DNA of 64,000 bases, taken from positions 124,001 to 188,000 of the IMG/VR virus record IMGVR_UViG_3300025121_000282; one strand, 5' to 3'. Positions 56,222-64,000 of the stretch are shown here, in pieces. The notes under the pieces were generated by a model that searched no databases, was not told the origin of the DNA, and worked only from the letters and a program-made list of their open reading frames with translations. Positions within the stretch are counted from its first letter, which is position 1; every line of letters starts with the position of its first letter. The position numbers were made by a program, and so were the translations under genes.

Positions 56222-57745
56222 CTATTCCCACTCGATGGTGGCAGGTGGCTTGTGGGAAATGTCATAGACTACCCGACAGATGCCTGGAACCTCGTTGGTG
56301 ATTCTGGTCGAAATCTTGTCCAGGACGTCATAGCCCATCCTGGACCAGTTGGCGGTCATCCCGTCTAAAGAGTCGCAAATTCTGACGACAACAGTGTCAC
56401 CATAGGTCCGCTCGTCCCCCACTACTCCTACCGATTTTACTGGTGCATACACAGCAAAATACTGCCAAAATTTCTTACTGGCATTGGTGGAGTACTCAGC
56501 CTCAACTACTTCAGAAACTATGTGGTTTGCTTTACGTGCAGCTGAGACCCGCTGCGGCGTAACCTCCCCTACAATTCTTATGGCCAAACCCGGGCCGGGA
56601 AAAGGCTGTCTCCAGAGCATCTTGTCGGGGATGCCGAGTTCTTTCCCCAACTCTCGGACCTCGTCCTTGAACATGAACCTAAGCGGCTCACACACCTTTA
56701 AACCAAGTTCTTTGGGTAAACCCCCCACGTTGTGATGACTCTTGATCACACTGGATGGGCCCTTGGTTGACATACTTTCGATAACATCGGGGTATAAAGT
56801 CCCCTGGGCTAAGAAGTCAAACTTCTCCCTACCCACTGCTGTCATGAATGCATTAATAAACTCGCGCCCAATAATCTTGCGTTTGGTTTCGGGGTCGGTT
56901 ACCCCCCTCAATGCATATAGGAATTGTTCTGAGGCGTCGTAGCACTTCACCCCAATCCCGTACCCGTCAAACATGTTCATGGTGTCTTCTACTTCTTCTT
57001 GCCTGAGAAGACCAGTATCCACAAACACACAAGTCAACCTGTCACCTATGGCATCATGAAGGAGTTTGGCAACTACGGTTGAATCCACACCTCCGGAAAC
57101 ACCACAGAGCACCTTGCTTGTGGGGCCAAGCTGTTCCTGAAGCTCTATCTGGATATTTGATAGTATGGTGTACGAGTTTTTCCTTAACGGAATCCCAGCA
57201 ATTTTTAAAAAGTTGGATAGTATTTTCCCACCAATTGCTGTATGGGAGACTTCTGGGTGAAACTGGACACCATAAAAATGAGCGTCGTCATTTGAGATAG
57301 CAGCAAATAGACCAGATTCTGACAGAGCATCAACTCTGAAACCGTGCGGTACTTGGTCCACTGAAACACCGTGGGACACCCACACTTCGAATTCGCCTTC
57401 AATGCCCCCCAATAATTTTGATTTCTGGAGTGCCTTAATAGAGGCCCGCCCGTACTCACCGTCACCCGTGGTACAAACAGACCCGCCCAAAGCAGTGGTT
57501 AAAAGCTGCATACCATAACAGATTCCAAGTATAGGCGCACCAAAATTTAGAATGCACGGATCTAGCGTAGGTGCTCCAGAGTCGGTGACGACAGCAGGGC
57601 CACCACTCAAGATTATCGCACTTGGGAACAAATCGTCAGTTACTTTATCCCATGGTAAAATTTTGTTTGCAGCACCCATCTCCAGTAGTCTTCTGGAGAT
57701 AAGTTGGGTGTACTGGCTGCCGTAGTCTACTATCAAAATTTCCAT
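56222..57745 (-). CDS. guaA: GMP synthase (glutamine-hydrolysing)
   Basis: DYGSQYTQLI, GICYGMQ, QFHPEV, SGGVDS, QGTLYPDVIES, KSHHNVGGLP, PFPGPGL, KPPATIEWE. Confidence 0.97.
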   Translation of the reverse strand: MEILIVDYGSQYTQLISRRLLEMGAANKILPWDKVTDDLFPSAIILSGGPAVVTDSGAPTLDPCILNFGAPILGICYGMQLLTTALGGSVCTTGDGEYGRASIKALQKSKLLGGIEGEFEVWVSHGVSVDQVPHGFRVDALSESGLFAAISNDDAHFYGVQFHPEVSHTAIGGKILSNFLKIAGIPLRKNSYTILSNIQIELQEQLGPTSKVLCGVSGGVDSTVVAKLLHDAIGDRLTCVFVDTGLLRQEEVEDTMNMFDGYGIGVKCYDASEQFLYALRGVTDPETKRKIIGREFINAFMTAVGREKFDFLAQGTLYPDVIESMSTKGPSSVIKSHHNVGGLPKELGLKVCEPLRFMFKDEVRELGKELGIPDKMLWRQPFPGPGLAIRIVGEVTPQRVSAARKANHIVSEVVEAEYSTNASKKFWQYFAVYAPVKSVGVVGDERTYGDTVVVRICDSLDGMTANWSRMGYDVLDKISTRITNEVPGICRVVYDISHKPPATIEWE

Positions 57746-57752
57746 TTTGTAA

Positions 57753-58859
57753 TTAGCCCTTGTAATTTGTGGTGGGTGTAACAGAAAGCATGTCGTGGAC
57801 GTGAGATTCAGACCTACCAGCTTGGGTTACGGTTGTGAACCGCATCCCACCTCTTAGCCGATTGATAGTTTTAGCGCCCACGTATCCCATGCCCGATTTG
57901 AGCCCACCAACTAACTGAAATAATACTTGAGAAACAGGACCCGTGTATGGGACCAACCCCTCTACACCTTCCGGGACCAGTTTGTCTTGGGCTACCCCGT
58001 CTTGAGAGTACCGGTCGCTGCTACCACTTTCCATAGCACCCACGGAACCCATACCTCTGTATTTCTTATAGTATTTTCCGTCATTAATACCTATTACTCT
58101 CTCTCCAGGGGCCTCGTCGCATCCAGCCAAAATGTTGCCAATCATGACAGCATGAGCACCTGCTGCTATGGCTTTGGTTATGTCTCCGGAGTACCGGATT
58201 CCACCATCAGCTATAATTGACAACCCATCTTCGGAGTCACAGACCGTGGCACAGTCAGAAATAGCCTGAAGTTGTGGAACCCCCGCACCAGAAACCACCC
58301 GGGTGGTACAGATGGAACCGCCACCTATGCCCACTTTCACTACATTTGCGCCAGCTTTATAGAGTCTGTAGGTGCCGTTTGCGTCTGTCACGTTACCGGC
58401 TATAATGGTAATGTCGGCGTCCAGTCCCCTCACATACTCCACCATTGAAACCACATTTTTGCTATTTCCGTGGGCGGAATCTATGACTATGGCGTCGGTT
58501 CTGGCCTCTACGAGTGCCCTGGCTCTAAATCTATTTGGCAAAGAGACACCGATAGCAGCTGCAGTTCTAGTGCCCCATTCTTCTCTGCTTTCTTTGATAG
58601 TGGTACACTGCTTTTCTATGGACATGTTTTTATGTAGTACACCCAAACCGCCACATTTCCACATTTCTCTCAGCATAGCTTCGTCCGTAACAGTGTCCAT
58701 AGCTGAACTTAAAATAGGTATAGACAGTCTTATGCTTCCGATGGTTGTGCCAGTGTCCGCTTCGTTTGGTGTGAATTCGGCATATGCAGGACACAAAAGA
58801 ACGTCATCGTAGGTGAGCCCGTGTGTGCGCTCTAACTCAAATCGGGTAAAATTCTTCAT
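57753..58859 (-). CDS. guaB: IMP dehydrogenase lacking the CBS/Bateman domain
   Basis: LTYDDVLL.P, SSAMDTVT, DSAHG, GIGGGSICTTR, IADGGI, YRGMGS, DRY flap, PEGVEG; only 368 aa. Confidence 0.93.
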   Translation of the reverse strand: MKNFTRFELERTHGLTYDDVLLCPAYAEFTPNEADTGTTIGSIRLSIPILSSAMDTVTDEAMLREMWKCGGLGVLHKNMSIEKQCTTIKESREEWGTRTAAAIGVSLPNRFRARALVEARTDAIVIDSAHGNSKNVVSMVEYVRGLDADITIIAGNVTDANGTYRLYKAGANVVKVGIGGGSICTTRVVSGAGVPQLQAISDCATVCDSEDGLSIIADGGIRYSGDITKAIAAGAHAVMIGNILAGCDEAPGERVIGINDGKYYKKYRGMGSVGAMESGSSDRYSQDGVAQDKLVPEGVEGLVPYTGPVSQVLFQLVGGLKSGMGYVGAKTINRLRGGMRFTTVTQAGRSESHVHDMLSVTPTTNYKG

Positions 58860-58969
58860 TTTGTGTGAGCACCTTTCGACATAGGGTTACCGATTATACA
58901 AACTATTATTAACATAGGGGAAAGGAAGACGAACTATAAGGACACAATCCTTACGGAAAGACTCTTGGT

Positions 58970-59218
58970 ATGTGGCAAACAAGTGTGCCTGAGATGCCAG
59001 ACGATGGCCGTCAATATTGGTGGTTTTACGGGACAAACGGCTTCGAAAGAAGAAGTGGAAAACCACCTCACCTCCGATTTGTGACAGTACGGAGAGTTGG
59101 GGGAGACACTAAACCGCACCCCATGTACATTGCGGACGGCACGTTCATGTTTCCTGAGGGCGGGGGGTGGGTCGGACATTGGCAACGCATTCCAACACCT
59201 GTACTTCCGAGCGAGTAA
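58970..59218 (+). CDS. Trp/Pro-rich protein, paralog of 23043..23285
   Basis: WWFYGT...RVGG; promoter motif at 58909. Confidence 0.65.
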   Translation: MWQTSVPEMPDDGRQYWWFYGTNGFERRSGKPPHLRFVTVRRVGGDTKPHPMYIADGTFMFPEGGGWVGHWQRIPTPVLPSE

Positions 59219-59225
59219 CACCAAA

Positions 59226-59566
59226 ATGACTATTTTGCCAGAACGAACGGTAGAAGAAACAGTGTTCATTACCCCGGAGCAAGCTCAGATTTTCGGCGAC
59301 CAGAGATACCGTTACACCTTGTTCGACAATCTGTCGGAAGGAGACAAACGCCATATCCAAAGGCCATGTACCCGTACAAAAGCCACTTCCAGGATTGCCA
59401 TTACTACTACCCAGTGAATCTCAAGGGTGAGCTAGCTTCTGCTCGACGAGTACTAGCCATTTCAATGGCGACTTTTGGTAATGCGCCTGTGCTGGCTTCC
59501 ATTGGGTACTCAAAAGAGTGGTTCAAGCAATTTGGTGGGCGACAAACCACGAACCCGTCAGAATAG
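59226..59566 (+). pseudogene. hypothetical gene apparently split by a 1-nt frameshift at A3 59359-59361
   Basis: Adding one A fuses MTILPERT... to ...AMYPYKSHF. Confidence 0.4.
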
Positions 59567-59573
59567 AGTGGCA

Positions 59574-59780
59574 ATGCCTGTTCAAACTTGTGATAACTGT
59601 GGCGAAGAAACCAGGGTGATTGACTCCAGACATGGCGAGCATTTCATCCGTCGTCGTCGAGAGTGTATGGCTTGCAAAGTTAGGTTCTCTACCGTAGAAA
59701 TTACTGAGAAAGAGTATAACAGGTTGACGCGGGACTCTGATTTCGTAAAATCAGTCAAAGAGTTTTTCAAGGGGCTGTAA
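59574..59780 (+). CDS. NrdR-like zinc-ribbon protein lacking the ATP-cone
   Basis: CDNCG..TRVIDSR.....IRRRREC..C..RFSTVE. Confidence 0.8.
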   Translation: MPVQTCDNCGEETRVIDSRHGEHFIRRRRECMACKVRFSTVEITEKEYNRLTRDSDFVKSVKEFFKGL

Positions 59781-60059
59781 GTGGACCCAACACTTGAGGT
59801 CGCACGCAAGCTTACGTTTCGGCGACTAAAACCCACCTGCCCCAAAGTGCGGGAGTGTGAGGATGTTCTGTTGGGTGCCATGGCCCAATTGGAAACAAGA
59901 GTAAACAACTCTCCCGACAGGGAAAATCTTATTAATGGGTTTGTTGCAATAAAAACTGCTGTGTACGATTTCTTCTTATTAAACGATGAAATAAGAAATA
60001 AACTCCGCAATGAGTGGGTAGAACACATAGCTGAGTTGATTGACAACCACAATCTATAA
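59781..60059 (+). CDS. hypothetical protein
   Basis: Tiled ORF. Confidence 0.55.
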   Translation: MDPTLEVARKLTFRRLKPTCPKVRECEDVLLGAMAQLETRVNNSPDRENLINGFVAIKTAVYDFFLLNDEIRNKLRNEWVEHIAELIDNHNL

Positions 60060-60071
60060 CTGAATAGTTAT

Positions 60072-60313
60072 ATGAACACTATCAACATTCTCCCAGATGC
60101 CGGCTTTTTCACCCACTCGCGTTTCAGGCTGCCGAAATCATCGGTAAGCCCGAGTACTTGATGCACCCCGCCTGCATTGCGGGCTACCGCGATTATATGA
60201 AGGGCGATTTTGAGGCCATGTTTCACCGACTTGCCATTGACATGGACAAGTGGGGTGAAACCGATGAGGGCCGCAAATTGAACAGTCTCATCTTTCAGTA
60301 TAACGAGGAGTAA
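60072..60313 (+). pseudogene. hypothetical gene apparently frameshifted at T5 60105-60109
   Basis: Adding one T gives a continuous ~80-aa ORF filling the gap. Confidence 0.5.
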
Positions 60314-60318
60314 ATAGA

Positions 60319-61368
60319 GTGGAAAATCTGCCTAATTGTACTTGTGGTGCTTTCTCTTGGGTGGGCGGTGGTGGGTCGTTTGGTCCCAGCTACGCGTTCA
60401 CGCCCCGAGAATGTACAGAATGTGGCGCTCGTCTCCACCGTGTCGACCGTGACGGCTGGTGGTTGGCCCTGATTGTCCAGCCCACAGTCAGCGATGAAAC
60501 TTTCGAGACGTATGCAAACAGTGTTCTGACCATTCAGGCCCGGGTTTACAAGAAAGGGTGGGAAGCGGCTGTAAACGCCGAAGAGGACATCAGGTACAAC
60601 AACCTCGTGGCCTCGTGGGGACTGAACCCTTCGAAAGGCTGTAAGTACACCCCTCGAAAACTTCTGGACGAAAACGGGACCCAGATCGGGTGGGTGGAAG
60701 AGGAAGAAACCCACACCTATCCCGACAGGGAGCCTTACACCTACAAAACCATTGTGTACGATTTCCTCGACCACAATGGAAACAAGATCGAAATCGATAC
60801 CAAAGCCTTCCGCAAGGCCTGGATTGAGATGTTGGATGCCCATCCCCGAAACCCCGGGATCGTCCGAGCGCCGGACCCTATCAATCTTCCTGAGGGGATT
60901 ACGGCTTACGTGCTTCGAAACCAGATTTGGGAGAAAACTCCTCCGCAGGCTGAAGTGTTGCCGTTGCCAAACGACCCCCTCCGTATGGGGTGGGAAGATT
61001 ACTTTGGTAAGGTCTTTGATGCAGTTTGGGCGGCAACTGGCGTGGCCTGCAACCTCACGGAAACCCCGAACCAGTACTATACAGACCGAACTCAGTCCGA
61101 GCCGTGGTACCGCTTTGAGGTTGCAGGCTCCAAATTTACGGTTGGGCCTAGGAAGCGGGTTATTTCGCTTGAGGTCAACTTCCCAAGGTCTTGCAAGGTC
61201 GTTGCAATCCGGGATCTGGCTCTGCGGGACAACACCACCTACGAGGCCAATGCGGCATGGAAAAATGAAACCGAGGTTGCAGATAGCGTTTTGGTCCATG
61301 CCTGGACGCAGGATAAGCTGATCGAGTACCTCACCATTCTGGTCCGAATCGCAACTGAACAGAATTGA
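60319..61368 (+). CDS. hypothetical protein (349 aa)
   Basis: GAGGAG SD; N-terminal CTC...CTEC. Confidence 0.75.
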   Translation: MENLPNCTCGAFSWVGGGGSFGPSYAFTPRECTECGARLHRVDRDGWWLALIVQPTVSDETFETYANSVLTIQARVYKKGWEAAVNAEEDIRYNNLVASWGLNPSKGCKYTPRKLLDENGTQIGWVEEEETHTYPDREPYTYKTIVYDFLDHNGNKIEIDTKAFRKAWIEMLDAHPRNPGIVRAPDPINLPEGITAYVLRNQIWEKTPPQAEVLPLPNDPLRMGWEDYFGKVFDAVWAATGVACNLTETPNQYYTDRTQSEPWYRFEVAGSKFTVGPRKRVISLEVNFPRSCKVVAIRDLALRDNTTYEANAAWKNETEVADSVLVHAWTQDKLIEYLTILVRIATEQN

Positions 61369-61386
61369 CCATTCTGGGGGTCTTGT

Positions 61387-61737
61387 ATGAATGGGAGGTC
61401 TTACGCGAATGTGAACTCAGAGATTTTGCTGCGGGGGCCTGCGCAGTTTGACATGTGTGGCCAATTTCTCGGGTACCCTCTACAAGTGACTGCAGAAAAA
61501 GTATCTCCCGGGTTGGTCAAGAGGTTGGTGAAGTACGCTGTCAACCAGATGGTTGATCACGGTTTTCCGTGTTTTGGAAAAGTACGTGTTTATACCATGG
61601 ATGGCGACGAGCGACCAGCAGACCGAGACTACTGTGTCGAGTTTATCAATAGTAAGGGAAATGGTTTGGGTGTTCAGAGAATTCTCATGAAGAATGGACA
61701 CCCGTTTTTGGACCATGGATTCTATGTCATTAACTGA
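61387..61737 (+). CDS. hypothetical protein
   Basis: Tiled ORF. Confidence 0.55.
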   Translation: MNGRSYANVNSEILLRGPAQFDMCGQFLGYPLQVTAEKVSPGLVKRLVKYAVNQMVDHGFPCFGKVRVYTMDGDERPADRDYCVEFINSKGNGLGVQRILMKNGHPFLDHGFYVIN

Positions 61738-61782
61738 GACTGGTCTGGGCAGAAGTACGCTACAATCTGTAAGGGAGTCTAC

Positions 61783-62586
61783 ATGGACCACAATTCTTTC
61801 CCCATCGGCGCCAAGGTTACAATTGCAATTCCCGCTGAGAATTGGGGTTGGGGCTATCGACCTTTCCCTCAGGAGACGGAAGTCACCGTAACCGGGTATA
61901 GCTGGATCGACTATGGCCGCATTGGTACTGGTGCCAACACTCCTGGTTTCTTTACCAACTCTTGTTGGTTGGTGGTGACTGATGGTACCAAGACAGAGAC
62001 TGTCAGCCACCACTGTCTGAGGGGGGAACAGGTTCGTATCCCTCAAGAAAAAATTGGTGACCTTCCGGACTCTGACTTCTACGAAGATGATGTCGTTGCT
62101 TTTACCCGAGACCATGCTTGGCCCAAGGGCACTGAGCTTGTGGTTTGCAACATCGATTATAACAGTGACATGAGAACTGTCAGGCACTACAGTGTGGGGC
62201 CCAAAGACGGTGGCACTACCTACGCCGACACGGAAGACCTGCGGCTTGTCTCGCGTGGAAACGTGTGGAAGAAGTATCACGGTCTGCCGATGACGTTTCC
62301 TTTCCTCCAGGAAGAGATGGACTTTGCCCTGAGGATTGCAGCATGCGACGAGATGAAAAATCCTCGCCAGGATAACATGTACTCCTGGAATCTAGCAGAG
62401 ATCATGGATGCCATCAAAGCAGGGGAGGTGGATTGTTTCACCAACGGAAGCATCATTGGGTCCCTGGCAGGTGGTAGACCCCGGCTCGTTGCCTACCGGC
62501 TCCATGACCGCGACTTGGCGGAGCGGGCCCGGAAGCACATGCTTACCCGGTTTACGGATGAATTCGTGCGTAGCAGGAGCCGATAA
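61783..62586 (+). CDS. hypothetical protein with SH3-like repeats
   Basis: GGGAG SD; promoter at 61730. Confidence 0.7.
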   Translation: MDHNSFPIGAKVTIAIPAENWGWGYRPFPQETEVTVTGYSWIDYGRIGTGANTPGFFTNSCWLVVTDGTKTETVSHHCLRGEQVRIPQEKIGDLPDSDFYEDDVVAFTRDHAWPKGTELVVCNIDYNSDMRTVRHYSVGPKDGGTTYADTEDLRLVSRGNVWKKYHGLPMTFPFLQEEMDFALRIAACDEMKNPRQDNMYSWNLAEIMDAIKAGEVDCFTNGSIIGSLAGGRPRLVAYRLHDRDLAERARKHMLTRFTDEFVRSRSR

Positions 62587-63158
62587 TGAACGACAACAAC
62601 CTTATTGCTGCCACGGTTTTGCTTGGTGGGCCTGCCGTCTCGATGGCGATGGGTTGTAAGCACCCGATGCAAACCGAGGACGGGCGTGTTTTGGTGTGTA
62701 TGGCCCAGGCTGGAGAGTGTCGCCACAACTCGCGCCACTACGAATCCGGGATGAGTTCTGAGCGGGCTTGGTCGCTTCCGCAGATCGAACCCGGCTGTGA
62801 CCGTAGGTGTGGGTACAGGATGGAGGTAGCCGACCCATCTGTGGACACCGTGTGGACTCGGTACCACAGGCAATACGATTTGGCCGGGTTTGAGTATTAC
62901 AAACGGGCTCAGGACGCTTGCGGCTACAATATCCGTCTTCATGCTCAGCGGAAAGAGCAGGCAAAACGGGATGGGGTACCCATCGACAGTGTGCGTTTTA
63001 CGTACAGTCATGATTCACGAACCTGTCCTGAGTGTTCCAAACCCCAGGTTGTCCCTGCCAACAACTGGGTCGACACGGTTCGTGAGAAACTTAAGGCCGC
63101 GTCTCGTGTGGAAATGTCCAGGTACGGTTATAACTGTACCTACTACGACAATGAATAA
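62586..63158 (+). CDS. Cys-rich hypothetical protein
   Basis: TAATG overlap; AGGAG SD. Confidence 0.6.
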   Translation: MNDNNLIAATVLLGGPAVSMAMGCKHPMQTEDGRVLVCMAQAGECRHNSRHYESGMSSERAWSLPQIEPGCDRRCGYRMEVADPSVDTVWTRYHRQYDLAGFEYYKRAQDACGYNIRLHAQRKEQAKRDGVPIDSVRFTYSHDSRTCPECSKPQVVPANNWVDTVREKLKAASRVEMSRYGYNCTYYDNE

Positions 63159-63435
63159 AACTAAGCCCACCTATGGGAACCCCGAGCGGGCTTTTGAAGT
63201 GCGTGTTCTCGAATTGCACATCGAGTCACTGGAAGACCAGATAGAAGTATCCAGAGCTGGACTGGACAGCCTCAAGAAAGCGGCCGTCGTCCAGATTCTG
63301 GGTTATAACCCAGGCACAATCCGCACTTTAGGATGGAGTTGTCCGGAGTCCCCAATCGGAGAGTGCGTAGTGCCGCTTCGAGGGAGTGACAGAGGGTGCT
63401 GCCTGTTTTGTGATCTGCCTGACGAAAGAAAATAA
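63151..63435 (+). CDS. conserved phage Cys-rich protein
   Basis: C..SPIG.C......C.FC..P.ERK. Confidence 0.65.
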   Translation: MNKTKPTYGNPERAFEVRVLELHIESLEDQIEVSRAGLDSLKKAAVVQILGYNPGTIRTLGWSCPESPIGECVVPLRGSDRGCCLFCDLPDERK

Positions 63436-63439
63436 TTTT

Positions 63440-64000
63440 TTAGTGAATGTTAATCTTGAGGGTCTTATAGCCCTGATACTCATCCTTACCTAACTCGTAC
63501 TTCCACCCCAACTTGTCCAACAACTTCTTCGCCTTTTCAAGCTGGTCGGACTTGCCAGAGATGTAGGTGGTTCCGTTTGGCTCAAGCGGACACATCTTGG
63601 GGTCTCTCGGGTCCATTTCCTTAAAGAATTCCTCAGCCTGCCTAAACTGGGTGGGGAATTTCTTCTGGGCCTCTATTCGGTCTTTCCACCCACCACTTGC
63701 TTCTTTATGCTTAACCACACCATTTTCAATCAAAAAATCTAATAGTTCGTCGATGCTCTTACTGTCAATTTTCCCAAGCTCGTGGGTGTACTCGTTCTCC
63801 CAGGCCAGTTCATCTGGGTCTGTAGACCAAGACCTGGAAATCATGTCTCTGAGTTTATCAGCCTCAGGGTTACTAGTGTGGCGGTCGATGTGGACAACAC
63901 CACCGTAATTGCTCACGTGGGTCTCGTTGTCATTTTCAACAAACTCGTGGCCCAACCACTTAGTCGCTGCTTTAATAGCGTCCTCTTTGGTCAGGTTCTT
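63440..64000 (-). CDS. hypothetical protein, N-terminus beyond the window
   Basis: Frame open to the window end. Confidence 0.65.
   Translation of the reverse strand, partial: KNLTKEDAIKAATKWLGHEFVENDNETHVSNYGGVVHIDRHTSNPEADKLRDMISRSWSTDPDELAWENEYTHELGKIDSKSIDELLDFLIENGVVKHKEASGGWKDRIEAQKKFPTQFRQAEEFFKEMDPRDPKMCPLEPNGTTYISGKSDQLEKAKKLLDKLGWKYELGKDEYQGYKTLKINIH

Larger units (their letters stand above)
3281..61754 (+). promoter_or_regulatory. dispersed family of TT(G/A)AC-N17-GAA promoter-like sites
   Basis: Copies start at 3281, 4148, 7774, 11501, 13925, 15770, 17236, 20445, 21138, 22010, 22888, 25332, 27590, 29654, 30216, 37122, 37767, 40115, 42471, 45972, 47434, 50400, 51885, 54469, 55009, 55557, 58909 and 61730 (N18 at 31561 and 48677); all at gene boundaries and upstream of starts. 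Confidence 0.8.

Noticed and set aside
56222-56260. guaA 3' end as a prophage or island attachment site
   Set aside because: Phage-type genes and the same promoter motif continue on both sides; no integrase or duplicated guaA end is present.
57753-58859. GMP reductase (guaC) assignment
   Set aside because: The RY flap dyad, YRGMGS and PEGVEG motifs and the linkage to guaA favour IMPDH.
1-64000. Genome-wide stop-codon reassignment (TAG or TGA)
   Set aside because: guaA ends at the conserved IEWE with TAG, TGA ends many genes in ATGA overlaps, and coding density under code 11 is already high; only two internal TAGs were seen.
1-64000. CRISPR array, DGR/retron, canonical tRNA or rRNA
   Set aside because: No regularly spaced repeats, no reverse transcriptase motif and no canonical GGTTCRA T-arm within a cloverleaf found by eye.

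Overview
This window looks like part of a large (jumbo-type) lytic phage genome. It is a dense, mostly + strand array of about 150 short accessory ORFs, with no recognisable structural or replication core genes and no CRISPR array or canonical tRNA. About 30 copies of one promoter-like motif, TT(G/A)AC-N17-GAA, punctuate the array. Genes recognisable by motif are guaB (IMPDH lacking CBS domains) and guaA, a T4 Rnl1-type RNA ligase, a minimal TilS, NADAR, a frameshifted macrodomain, a cyclic-phosphate-processing receiver domain, a histidine phosphatase, an NYN nuclease, a metallophosphoesterase, a phage Dam methylase, DUF262, an SDR, two GNATs and an NrdR-type zinc ribbon. A 1.32-kb non-autonomous RHH+TnpB element cleanly interrupts a small gene. 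Two candidates for undescribed biology stand out. (1) A ~210-255 nt structured RNA at 16485-16740 whose ends form a tRNA-like cloverleaf, with CU-CAU at the anticodon position interrupted by a 125-nt folded insert; the same genome carries TilS and RNA end-healing/ligation enzymes. (2) A shared 12-13 aa N-terminal leader on at least six unrelated proteins, which may be a capsid-packaging or protease signal. All family assignments come from reading motifs by eye, not from database searches. Several frameshifts sit in homopolymer runs and may be assembly errors.
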